A stretch of DNA of 45,404 nucleotides, the filler included, from Craspedostauros australis (lineage: Eukaryota), in NCBI GenBank assembly GCA_030167865.1. It is 6 parts of 6 records of this genome, joined end to end, with 100 filler letters (N's around TTAATTAATTAA, not from the genome) between each part and the next. Parts side by side here need not be neighbours in the genome. Positions count along the whole stretch, not along the records: positions 24,103 to 42,621 come from JALAGF010006732.1; positions 42,722 to 45,404 come from JALAGF010006734.1; 4 more parts are not named here. One strand, 5' to 3'. This document shows, piece by piece, positions 34,505 through 45,404 of the stretch. The position numbers and the translations under genes are program-made. The stretch's first letter is position 1; every line of letters begins with the position of its first letter. The notes under the pieces are model-generated. The model was given only the letters and a program-made list of their open reading frames with translations, searched no databases and was not told the origin of the DNA.

Positions 34505-37500
34505 ATGAGTACCTACGAGTCCAAGTCCAACCGCATCGTCTACTTCGACGGTAAAAAGGAGAACTGGAAGTTCTGGCATGCCAAGTTCCTCTGTCGCGCT
34601 AACCGCAAGGGTTACCGCGACATGCTCTTGAAGCCCTACTCTGATGCGAAGGTGACTGCTCCCTCCGCTGCAGCCAAGTCCCTGGCAGCAACCATCAAGT
34701 CTGATCCAGGCGCCAAACTCAAGCCGAGTGCCAAGTCCGGTACCAAACCGAGTGCTGCGGATCTAGCGGATTGCAAGGAAGCAATGGCGAAGTTCGCCTT
34801 TGAGGAACTGACCATGGCGATGAACCATGATTCGAAGGAAGGAAAGATTGCCTTCAAGGCGGTGTGGGGATGCGAGGGCATGCTGAATGGGGGAGGAGAC
34901 CCTCATGCAGCTTGGGTGGCCCTCGGGCGCATCTACGAGCAACGCACTGCGCCTATGAAGGCAAAGTTGCTGGCGGAGCTCAACGCGATGCGATTGAAGA
35001 AGGGAGAGAATCCGGATCTCTTCTTGACAGACATGGAGGTCCTTCGCAACTGACTGATCGACCAGGAGGTGATCGTTGACGTCGAGCAGCTTAACATGCT
35101 TGTGCTCAACGCGCTTGGCCGCGAGTACGAGATGGATGTGAAGCTACTCGAACTCAAGTTCCACAGAAAGGAAAGAGAGATGACCGTGGGCGACATCCGC
35201 GAAGCTGTGAGCCTTACCTACGACCGCCACCATCTCAAACATGGTTATAAGCGCGCAGGCAACAGCAGCAATGAGGAGCTCGCTCTGTTCGGAGCTGGAC
35301 AGTTCAAGGGAAACTGTCGCAGCTGCGGAGCCTACAGGCACAAAAAGGCGGACTGTTGTGCGCCAGCCAAGGGAGGCAACAACAAGAGAGGCGGTGGGTC
35401 CAAGAAGAAGGGCAACCATGCCGATGCCAAGGGCGGATCCAAGAAAGGTGGATTCAACGGCAAGTGCAACTACTGTGGAAAGGCAGGGCACAAAATCATC
35501 CAATGCTTCAAGCTGAAGGCAGCAATGAAGGAAGCAGAGAGCGCCAACATGGCGATGGATGGCGACGACGCGATGGACGATATGGCACTCGTCATCGCAG
35601 ACAGTGGTTTCGTTGAGATTGACGATCTCGATGAGATCGAACTCGAGGATGGACTCGAAGAGGATCTCTTCGAAATCATGGAGTCGTACCCTTCGACCAA
35701 GAGAGTCGAACCACCAACCAACCAAGACATTCGCGACCTCATGAACGATGACCTGCTCGAATCAGACGAGAGCATCGGAGTCACGGAAGTCGCAATGCCA
35801 GGCGTCGATGTCAACAATGCGCCACCTACGCAAGAGGAGGAAGCAACAGCTACTCGGATGAGCAGCGCCATCGACTACCTCCTACGTAACGAGATCGATC
35901 GCGTATGTGAGCGCAACAGAACGGATGCATGGTGTCCAATCTGTCTCGCGTGTGGAGCGATGTACTCGTGGTGCACAGGATGCACCGAATTCGACGTGTT
36001 CAAGATTCGAGCACGCTGGGCGTTCAGAGACATCCCAACGACCACCGAACCTGAAAGGATTCGCTGTCGAGCAATCCTGAGCCGATTCGATTGCGTGGAA
36101 GACGCGGTCAGGGTTTCTCTATCCAACGTATTGGAAGCCAACGATGTGCGTGTTAATGACGCTGTCTTCTGCTTCGATGTGAGAAAGAAATCCATCGAAG
36201 ATGGAAGCAACTGCATGGGAAGCAGGGAGCTCTACTACATGCTCACACAGATTGGCCTCAACGGAGTGTTCGACGTATCATGCAAGATTGTGGTCATCAA
36301 CGAGCTGCTCGAGGAAAGACAGCTGCCACTGCTCCCCAAACACTTAATGATGAGGATGAGCAGGATGGCCGCATCACAGCTCATGTGGATGCACAACTGG
36401 GAGGACACCGAAGTGCGCGACGGGATGGAATGCCCAGAACTCCCCAAGACCAAACCACTTGTGGGAAGTCCTCAACATCAAGTTGAGATGATGGAACGCC
36501 TTAATGCAGCAAGATTCGGACACGAAATGGCCATGGTGATCGAGGATCACGAGTTGAATGAGAACAACCGCGAGCTGGTTGCACCAGACCAACATGAAGC
36601 TAACCCATGGTTGGGGGATACCGGCGCATCATGTCACTTAACGAACAATGATGAAGGTATGACCAATGTGCGCCTCTCGAATTTCTCTGTGAAGGTGGGA
36701 AGCGAAAAATTCCTCTGCGCCACCAAGGTCGGTGACCTACGCATGAGAGTGATGCAGAAGGACGGCAAGAGCGCCATCATCCTGAAGGGAGTGCGCTACG
36801 TGCCTAAGCTCTGGGTCAACCTACTCAGCATCGGCAAGGCGCTCCATAACAGATTCAATATCAGCAACAAGGGAGTCATCATCGCACTGGATAAGAATGG
36901 ACAGCGCATCCGATTCGATTGGATCATGGCAACTCACAGCGGATTCGTGCTTGGTGTGAACATGGTGCCTGCCCCTAAGAGCGAAGAGATGGCGAATGTC
37001 GGGTTTGATACAAAGAAGCCCATGGATGTGAATAAGCTCCATAAAATGCTAGGCCACGTTGACTCTTACACGATCTCCAGGACGGCGAGACAATATGGAT
37101 GGAATGTCACTGGAACTCTCAATCCATGCGAGGACTGCGCAATCGGAAAGGCGAAGCAAAAACGCCTGACCAAAACTCTCCAACCACGGGCGAAGAAGGT
37201 CGGAGAACGACTCTTCATGGACACTTCAAGTGTCCAAGCAACAAGCTTCGGACATGGGAAGTACTGGCTCCTGGTCATTGATGACTACAGCGACTACTGC
37301 TGGGGCTACTTTGTTAAGGAAAAGAGCAAGGTTGGTCCCAAACTACTATCCTTGTTGAAGTGGCTATCAGGCAATCAACAAGTGACAGTGAAGAATGTCA
37401 GATGTGACAATGCCGGAGAAAATTACAGCGCCGAGGCATTACTGCTGAGGGCAGGCTTCGCCCCAACCTTCGAATACACCGCCGCATCAACTCCTCAACA

Positions 37501-37937
37501 GAACGGAAGAGTGGAACGGAAATTCGCGGTTCTCTACGGTAAGGTCAGGTCAATACTGAACCAGGCGCACCTACCAAGACAACTGCGCGGCAAGCTATGG
37601 GCAGAGGCAGCAAGGAATGCAACGCAGATTGAGAACATCATCGAGACCAAATCGAGGGATCCTGCGTGTCTACTACTCAACGGACAGACCCCAGCCTACG
37701 CAAAGGGACTGCATATCTTCGGGGAGATCGGAATGGTCTACATCGGCAGTCGCGCAATCAAAGCGAAACTGGATGACAGATCCAAGCCAACCATGTTCGT
37801 CGGATACGGACAGTCTCATGCGAATGGTGTATACCGCATGATGAACCTGGCAACCACGAGAATCCTAATCACCAGAGACGTGACATGGATGAACCATTCG
37901 TATGGGCAATTCAAGGGTATTGAGAATGCCAACAGAA
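34505..37937 (+). pseudogene. Copia gag-PR-INT with an in-frame TGA inside gag (35051-35053), truncated by a DNA element at 37938
   Basis: FDGKKENWKFW; two knuckles CRSCGAYRHKKADC and CNYCGKAGHKIIQC; WLGDTGASCH; LHKMLGH...CEDC; LFMDT, RCDNAGE, QQNGRVER; KLDDRSKPTMFVGY...TRDVTW. Confidence 0.93.
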
Positions 37938-38215
37938 CACAATGTATTAGCGCAACGCTATATTCCTAACAATAGCGACACCCGTCGACCAATCAGAAAT
38001 CTTCTCTTTTCTTACCTTTTCCGTTCCGAACGGAAATTCTGGTCAAAATTCCGTTGTGTCAATTTTGTGTCGCATTTCGCGTCGCAAGAACCGTTTTCCC
38101 GTCAATCCCAGTTCCAACATGTCGCGGAAATGAATTTCTTGCCAAGATGAACCACTCTGCCCAATCAGGACAGACTTGGTCTTGGGTCCGATAAATATCC
38201 ACAAGGAGAAAACCC

Positions 38216-38288
38216 TTGCGTCAGGACGCAAAAACGGCTTTTCTTGCGTCCTGACGCAACCCCAAAATAAGTTTGCGTCAGGGCGCAA
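38216..38288. promoter_or_regulatory. Three phased 16-bp palindromic sites TTGCGTC-NN-GACGCAA
   Basis: 38216-38231, 38244-38259 and 38273-38288 (one mismatch in the third). Spacing is 28 and 29 bp. The regulatory role is inferred. Confidence 0.6.
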
Positions 38289-38591
38289 CCCGTGTTGTTT
38301 AACCCGCGTAGAATCCAATCGAATTTTCTTTTTAGACTAATACGACTGGTCGGTCCAATTCTTCCTCTCCCAGCACACTCCAGTTCGCTCTGGTTCCCTC
38401 TTGTTTTGGGTGTTGCGACCGTTGGCTTTTCTGCTCTATTGAGTATCGTCGACATGCGGCTTTCCGATGCCGAAGTTGACGTCTGTGTGTTTGTTGGTGT
38501 TGGTTTGCATGTTGTATTCACATCTTCTGCACAACCAAAGACTTTCAGCTGGCTCTTCTCCTTGTCAACCAACATCTATCTACATGCAAAC

Positions 38592-41500
38592 ATGGACTCT
38601 CTCTTAGAAGCAATTTCTGGCGTAGAATCCGCCAACGTCGTCGACGTCCCGATGCTTTCCGAGGCTGGTGGGTTGGATGATGGTGACGACGCAGCTCCTG
38701 AGCCTGGGTCCGCTCATGCCACAGGCAGATCCCCTGAGGCATGGGATGCCAACTTGGATACTGCCAATGTTGGAGTATCCGACAACAACAACGTTGCATA
38801 CATGCGGAGCGACGATGAAGGCGCTGTGGAAAATCCCAATGTCCACCCACATTCAGAGGACTTCGGTGCTTTCCCTTCCGCCAAGTTCGGCGTGAGCCAG
38901 GACGTTTGTCTGCCCTCCAGCATTGGTGACTCCGACAAGGTCTTGAACTGGTTGGTGTTGTGCCCAGAGGTGCATCAAACAAAGGTCTCTGTCTCCGCGG
39001 CCCACGACTTCGCTCTCCACAATGCGAGCCATGAGATCCGCAGGGCAAGAGCTGCTGTGTTGCAGCTCTTCCGAAAAGCTGCCCCTGGTTGCCAACCTTT
39101 CGTTCCCACCCATCACCATCTGGTGGATTACTTACTTGGCCGCTCCTCCTCCATCTACACCAATGCATTCGGTCCAGGCGGATTGGGGTTCGAGTACCTG
39201 GACTATGTTCAGTTCCTTTATGGTTTCTGCGAGCAGATGATTCAAAACGTGACCGTGAAGCGCGTCTACGACTCTGGGGCTGCGACGTACTTGCCCCACT
39301 TTCCAACGAAGGCAACGTACTTGTCATTGTGGTCCACAATCAGGGACAACGGCGAATCTGGCAACACTGTTGGCCATTGTTTCCTGTGGTCCGATTTGGA
39401 GGCGGCAATCAACACGCCCTTTCAAAAAATCTTCCTCCGCGGCACCAACTCCCATCGTGTGGTCACGCTGGACGACGACAAAGTTCATTGTCGTAGCTCT
39501 GCCGAGAGCAGTTGCTTGCTCAACATGCGCCACACGCAGGCGAACCGCGAAGGGTAAGACTGACAGGATGTATGCGCGTCTTCCAGCATGACTGGATGTG
39601 TCATTGCTGTTTCTCCAGATCACTCACTCACCTTCGCCTTCCATTTCTACATGAATCCATTCAGTATGACTGTCAACACTTTGGTACAGACAGCATCAGG
39701 GCTTGTTGTGGGGGTTGCTGCGTCTTGCGACGGGATCGACAACGACAACCGTCAGCTCCTTGCACAGCTCGCCCAGACCGACGGCCGTCTCCGCCATACA
39801 ACACTGATGGCCGACCGAGGCTATCTCAACGAGTCCATCACTCGTGAGTTATTGTCCAAGAGCGCAGACATCGAGGGCACACACATGCGCAGCGGCCATC
39901 TCCCATTCACCTTCAATCAGTACAATGGAAGCAGCAAACGGCAGATTGATGTTGGCAAGCCAGGCCCAAGACGCTTGTCCATCGCGACGACCACAAGCAT
40001 GTCTGGACGCCAATTAGGACTGTATGCATACCGAAACAAACAAAAGGCTGTCCTTGCAATGTCCACAGATACTCCTTCCTTTGCTTGGGACATCAATCTC
40101 AAGAGCTCACAAGAGCAACAAATGTACCAAGACATGACTAAGAGGAAGGAAGGAGATGATCCAAGATCAGCAACATATCCTCGTTTCTTTCGGCAATGCC
40201 TCCCCTTGCAGGAGTGTTCATCANNNNNNNNNNNNNNNNNNNNNNNNNNNNNNNNNNNNNNNNNNNNNNNNNNCCGACCGAGGCTATCTCAACGAGTCCA
40301 TCACTCGTGAGTTATTGTCCAAGAGCGCAGACATCGAGGGCACACACATGCGCAGCGGCCATCTCCCATTCACCTTCAATCAGTACAATGGAAGCAGCAA
40401 ACGGCAGATTGATGTTGGCAAGCCAGGCCCAAGACGCTTGTCCATCGCGACGACCACAAGCATGTCTGGACGCCAATTAGGACTGTATGCATACCGAAAC
40501 AAACAAAAGGCTGTCCTTGCAATGTCCACAGATACTCCTTCCTTTGCTTGGGACATCAATCTCAAGAGCTCACAAGAGCAACAAATGTACCAAGACATGA
40601 CNAAGAGGAAGGAAGGAGATGATCCAAGATCAGCAACATATCCTCGTTTCTTTCGGCAATGCCTCCCCTTGCAGGAGTGTTCATCAACATACCGGACAGC
40701 GTCATGTCGTGCCCACAGTGGTACTCCTGGCACACCATCCCCTTCCTCGAATATTCCAGCAGCACCTCCAACTGCTGCACTCGCGAATGATATTCCTGCC
40801 ACACGCCGGCTCCAGAAATCTTCCACGCCTTCTCGGATCACAAACACAACAAATGAAGACGAGACCTGCTTGGCATGGGAAGAGAAGCTGTGGAGTCTGG
40901 AGGTTGATGGATTGACATGCGAACAAGGAGACCATCTCTGGTTCGTGCATAGGAGGTACTCATTCACATCGACGTCAACGTTTGCCATGATCCAGGAGGT
41001 CCTCAAGAGTGGTGAGTGGAGCAGCCCAGACAGCGGCCATGTCTTCAACCGAGAAGCGTGGGAAGACGTCGGGCGGTACATGGGATTCGATATCGCCGGG
41101 ACGAAAGAAGCATACACAGTGGATGTAGCTCAGCAGAAACATGGATTAGTAGCGTCCAAGTTTCACACGAAGCTGACCAATCCTACGTATGACTCCCAAG
41201 ATTTGGAACAATACATGCGTACCGTCGTCGACGAACCAGACGGTGATGATGAAGTGATGCCCATTGAAGTGCTCACCGCCATGATGCACTTATTCTATGG
41301 AAGTCGGAACAGGCGCAAACCCTCCACCCTGAGAGCGATGCTTGGAAACATCCTGGACGAACCAGACAAGCTCAGGCGGAGATTCATGGCCATGAACACG
41401 GTGACTTTGAAGAGGCAGCTAAGTCTGCGCTTCCCAACACAGACGGAAACCGACGCATCAAACGAACGAATGATTGACCGGCTGATCGCAGCGACAATGA

Positions 41501-42621
41501 ATAAGCCAAACTCAAAGGAAGAGAGAGCAACACTAGTTTCTAACAACGAAGCTGACACACCCTGGATGTCGTCATTGAAGACTTCGTTGGCGTCGACCAT
41601 GCTACGAACCTGGTTCATGACGCCACNNNNNNNNNNNNNNNNNNNNNNNNNNNNNNNNNNNNNNNNNNNNNNNNNNTGAGTGGAGCAGCCCAGACAGCGG
41701 CCATGTCTTCAACCGAGAAGCGTGGGAAGACGTCGGGCGGTACATGGGATTCGATATCGCTGGGACGAAAGAAGCATACACAGTGGATGTAGCTCAGCAG
41801 AAACACGGATTAGTAGCGTCCAAGTTTCACACGAAGCTGACCGATCCTACGTATGACTCCCAAGATTTGGAACAATACATGCGTACCGTCGTCGACGAAC
41901 CAGACGGTGATGATGAAGTGATGCCCATTGAAGTGCTCACCGCCATGATGCACTTATTCTATGGAAGTCGGAACAGGCGCAAACCCTCCACCCTGAGAGC
42001 GATGCTTGGAAACATCCTGGACGAACCAGACAAGCTCAGGCAGAGATTCATGGCCATGAACACAGTGACTTTGAAGAGACAGCTAAGTCTGCGCTTCCCA
42101 ACACAGACAGAAACCGACGCATCAAACGAACAAATGATTGACCGGCTGATCGCAGCGACAATGAATAAGCCAAACTCAAAGGAAGAGAGAGCAACACCAG
42201 TTTCTGACAACGAAGCTGACACACCCTGGATGTNNNNNNNNNNNNNNNNNNNNNNNTCGACCATGCTACGAACCTGGTTCATGACGCCACTTCGCGGGAA
42301 AGCAGCGAAAGATGCAAAACTGGGCCACAACAATGAGTTGCCGTTGATACGGAAAGCAATGGAGACCATGAAAGTGGATGGCGAGCGTTCTCGAATCAAG
42401 GCAGCATATCGGTCAGGGCTGGTATGCAGGAAAGATGCCAGGTACGCCCGTGCTTCGGTAGACTTCCTGGCTGTGGTGGGAGACCCGGGCAGCAGCACTA
42501 CAGATGAAGTATTTGTGGTTGAGGTGAAAACCAGAACCAACACCACAACGCAAGACATGGAAACAGCACACCAGCAGGGCGCGCGGGTGCGTGGTGATCT
42601 CGGAGAAGGGAATCATGTGTT
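38592..42621 (+). CDS. Putative transposase (piggyBac-like DD[D] core) fused to SAP-like and YqaJ/lambda-exonuclease PD-(D/E)XK domains; 3' partial
   Basis: VTLDDDK (39471-39479), LMADRGY (39810-39824), EGTH, AYRNKQKAVLAMST; EQGDHLWFVHRRYSFTST (40921-40980); SAP-like MNTVTLKRQL...MIDRL; LGHNNE, RSGLV, ASVD, VEVKTR. One intron and two gap-flanking duplications. Confidence 0.7.
39554..39664 (+). other. Predicted 111-bp spliceosomal intron
   Basis: GG|GTAAGA donor, CACTCAC branch-like motif at about 39621-39631, TTCAG|T acceptor. Splicing removes the TAA at 39555 and joins ANREG to MTVNTL in frame. Confidence 0.8.
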
Positions 42622-42721
42622 NNNNNNNNNNNNNNNNNNNNNNNNNNNNNNNNNNNNNNNNNNNNTTAATTAATTAANNNNNNNNNNNNNNNNNNNNNNN
42701 NNNNNNNNNNNNNNNNNNNNN
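42622..42721. other. Artificial scaffold linker
   Basis: TTAATTAATTAA at 42666-42677. Confidence 0.98.
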
Positions 42722-45404
42722 CTCGATTCCATTCTGCTTCTTGCTGTACCATAAGATGGGTGAGGAATTCAAGAAAAGTAAAACACCTGTTCGAGATCGT
42801 CGTGTATATTGATCTCCTGCATGATCGGCATCAACAAAACACGTCATCTGGACTTCTCTGCCTCTTGGTTTGGGCATGTCATGTGGTATCAATTCGCGTG
42901 CGTCGGGGTAGAAGGATGCCCAATCTGGTGTTGGAATGGTGTTCTTCTTGACGTATGCATCGTCNAACACCAAACGTGATCGGTCATGTGAGTTGAGATA
43001 GGCAAACATATGGAAAAGCACACGCAAATGCCCTGTTCTGGGGGCAGCACAGTATGAAGACATCATGCTTGTTTCGCAGCATATGTCGATCCGCCCCAAC
43101 TCGACGATCCACCTCAGGATCCCAATCAGCTGTTGATAATAGTTCATCTCCTCTGGATCNCAAAGGGCNGTGGCGTCAAGCTCTGGACGGTANCCGTTTG
43201 GTATNACGCTTTTCGCGCTGGTACGGAATTTACCGCCACGGGCCTCAAGCCATTTCTGTGCCATCTTCGTGACCTCTCGGACGTATCGCTGGGATCCCAT
43301 GCTCCACTTTGGCCGCTCCGGTTCTGCTGTGAGATGGAATGGAGCGATTGTAGAGCCGAGGTATGTTGTTGGTGGACCGATTGAGGCGGGTTTAAGAAAG
43401 AAGTAAGAACCAATGTGTGAGAGTATCGCGCTGGGATCTTTGGAGATCGCCAGAATGTCATCAGTGTACACGAGGATGTACTCNNNNNNNNNNNNNNNNN
43501 NNNNNNNNNNNNNNNNNNNNNNNNNNNNNNNNNNNNNNNNNNNNNNNNNNNNNNNNNNNNNNNNNNNNNNNNNNNNNNNNNNNNNNNNNNNNNNNNNNNN
43601 NNNNNNNNNNNNNNNNNNNNNNNNNNNNNNNNNNNNNNNNNNNNNNNNNNNNCCTGCGTCTGCCCCGAACTCAGGTCCACATGTTGTGTAGACGCGTTCG
43701 CGGCATGGCGCGTTGAGGTATGCGTTCATCACATCTGCCGCAAGCACATCGAGGTCGTTCAGCGCTGCCAAGAGGAATGCGATTCGAACACTCTCGCGTG
43801 TCACCACACTGGCATATGTTATGCTGGATGGTGCTTCAGTCATGTGACCACCTGCCACAAGTCGCGCCTTTCGTGTGAGGTCGACTTTGATATCGAAGAT
43901 CATGTGACATGCAATGTAGGTGTATCCGACTGGTGGCTTCGTGTCTTCGGTCTTGATGTCGAATGCTGGTCGAACGTTCTTCATCTCCTTCTCTAATGCT
44001 TTGCGCCAGAAGTCGGTTCCTGTCTCCTCGTCGATAGCAAGAGCTCGTTCGACGCTCTTTGGTAGTTCGAGACCATATTTCTCGTTGCGTCGGAAGTATC
44101 GTTTGCGGTTAGCCATCAGGATGCGGTTGCGCCGCTTCATTGTGTATGGAACCCACCATCGAAAGGCAGGCTCATTGGTGAGTTGGTTGTTGGTTGCGTA
44201 TTCGGCTGTCTTCACAGGATCAGCCTCCTTGGCATCTCGTAAATGAATCCATGATGTAGATCCGTCTNNNNNNNNNNNNNNNNNNNNNNNNNNNNNNNNN
44301 NNNNNNNNNNNNNNNNNGCGCCAGAAGTCGGTTCCTGTCTCCTCGTCGATCGCAAGAGCACGTTGGACGCTCTTCGGTAGTTCGAGACCATATTTCTCAT
44401 TGCGTCGGAAGTATCGTTTGCGGTTGGCCATCAAGATGCGGTTGCGCCGCTTCATTGTGTATGGAACCCACCATCGAAAGGCAGGCTCATTGGTTAGCTG
44501 GTTGTTGGTTGCGTATTCGGCTGTCTTCACAGGATCAGCCTCCTTGGCATCTCGTAAATGAATCCATGATGTAGATCCGTCTTTCCATAACACACACAGC
44601 TTCCATCCCTTGGTCGTCTTCGTGGTCGTCTTGTCATCAGCGGTTGCTGCGGTTGGGAGTCGCTTATGGTCGATGATGTCCTCCATCAGAAGTGTTGTGT
44701 ATCCGTCGTCGTCTGTTCGCGCATAGATATTTTCTGCGATCTGATTCGCATTGAACACTTCGCTGTGCCCGTCAACAAATTCAACCTCATACATGGACGT
44801 GTCAAGAAGTGGATTTGAATGTGAGTGACCAATCAGCTTCCCGCTCGCATCGCGCTTTNNNNNNNNNNNNNNNNNNNNNNNNNNNNNNNNNNNNNNNNNN
44901 NNNNNNNNNNNNNNNNNNNNNNNNNNNNNNNNNNNNNNNNNNNNNNNNNNNNNNNNNNNNNNNNNNNNNNNAATCAAAGGTTCCAATGATGTAGTCTGTT
45001 CCAGGAATGCAATGTCTTCGGCTGTGTCGTCGACGTCGTCTCCGTCGTCCCCTGGTTTGATGCCTTCCATTCGATCTTTCCATTTGTTTCGTAGATTGGA
45101 CATGAAGTCGGATTGTTGTTGCTTGACTGCTTCACTGTTGAGGTCGACATCGGATAAAGGAATGACAGAGGATTTAGAAACAACAGCGCCAGAAGATGTG
45201 AGAATGTACGAGCACATCGCNTCACCCACGGCCTTNGACGGACCGAGGTAGCGACCAAGATGTTTTGTGTTCATGTTTGCTCCCTGGAGATTCATGTACC
45301 ACACAAAGTCGAACCACCCAAATTCTGAAATGTGTGAGATGTCGGTGGTGTCGCCAGTCAGGATTGTAGTTGGTGTCTGGCCATGTAGATCATATATCTG
45401 AAGT
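42722..45404 (-). CDS. pol: Copia (CoDi-like) pol, partial: integrase C-terminus, chromodomain-like region, RT (YTDD), RNase H start
   Basis: FGWFDFVWY..LGRYLGP; IIDHKR...GWKLCVLWKDGSTSWIHL; KYGLELP; HMIFDIK..KARLVAGGH; ADVMNAYL; EYILVYTDD; FVDADHAGD. Confidence 0.95.

Larger units (their letters stand above)
37938..42621 (+). mobile_element. DNA transposon-like element, left end only (CACAATG...), encoding a piggyBac-like plus YqaJ-like protein
   Basis: Copia coding stops abruptly at CACAATG. About 650 bp of non-coding sequence with palindromic repeats follows, then a long spliced ORF. The right end is lost at the scaffold end. Confidence 0.65.

Noticed and set aside
35051..35056. In-frame TGA as programmed readthrough
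   Set aside because: It lies inside the capsid region before the zinc knuckles, the context is CTGATC rather than CARYYA, and CGA-to-TGA decay explains it simply.
37938..37976. CACAATG as a RAG/Transib recombination signal
   Set aside because: There is no convincing nonamer at 12- or 23-bp spacing, and the encoded protein lacks RAG1/Transib motifs.
1..45404. Fanzor/TnpB, rRNA or tRNA genes
   Set aside because: No RuvC plus zinc-finger motif set, cloverleaf or rRNA signature was recognised by eye. A tool-based scan would be needed to exclude them fully.

Overview
This window is not contiguous DNA. It is six eukaryotic scaffolds joined by artificial N44-TTAATTAATTAA-N44 linkers, and many 50-N gaps are flanked by duplicated sequence. 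The content is almost entirely transposable elements, most likely from a diatom or other stramenopile (inferred from CoDi-type Copia motifs and intron style). It holds seven partial Ty1/Copia gag-pol units, two LINE fragments, a Crypton-like GCR1_C ORF, a 556-bp tandem repeat and several nested DNA elements. Three highlights: (1) a CACAATG-terminated element inserted in a Copia integrase, encoding an intron-containing piggyBac-like DD(D) domain fused to SAP-like and YqaJ/lambda-exonuclease domains; (2) a Copia whose gag and pol are separated by one in-frame TGA in the readthrough context CAACCA (CARYYA); (3) a 4.75-kb non-coding TIR element that splits a Copia protease motif exactly and carries 20-bp subterminal arrays, an internal foldback and a nested LINE 3' end with a 15-bp TSD. 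All family calls come from reading motifs by eye; no database searches were run.
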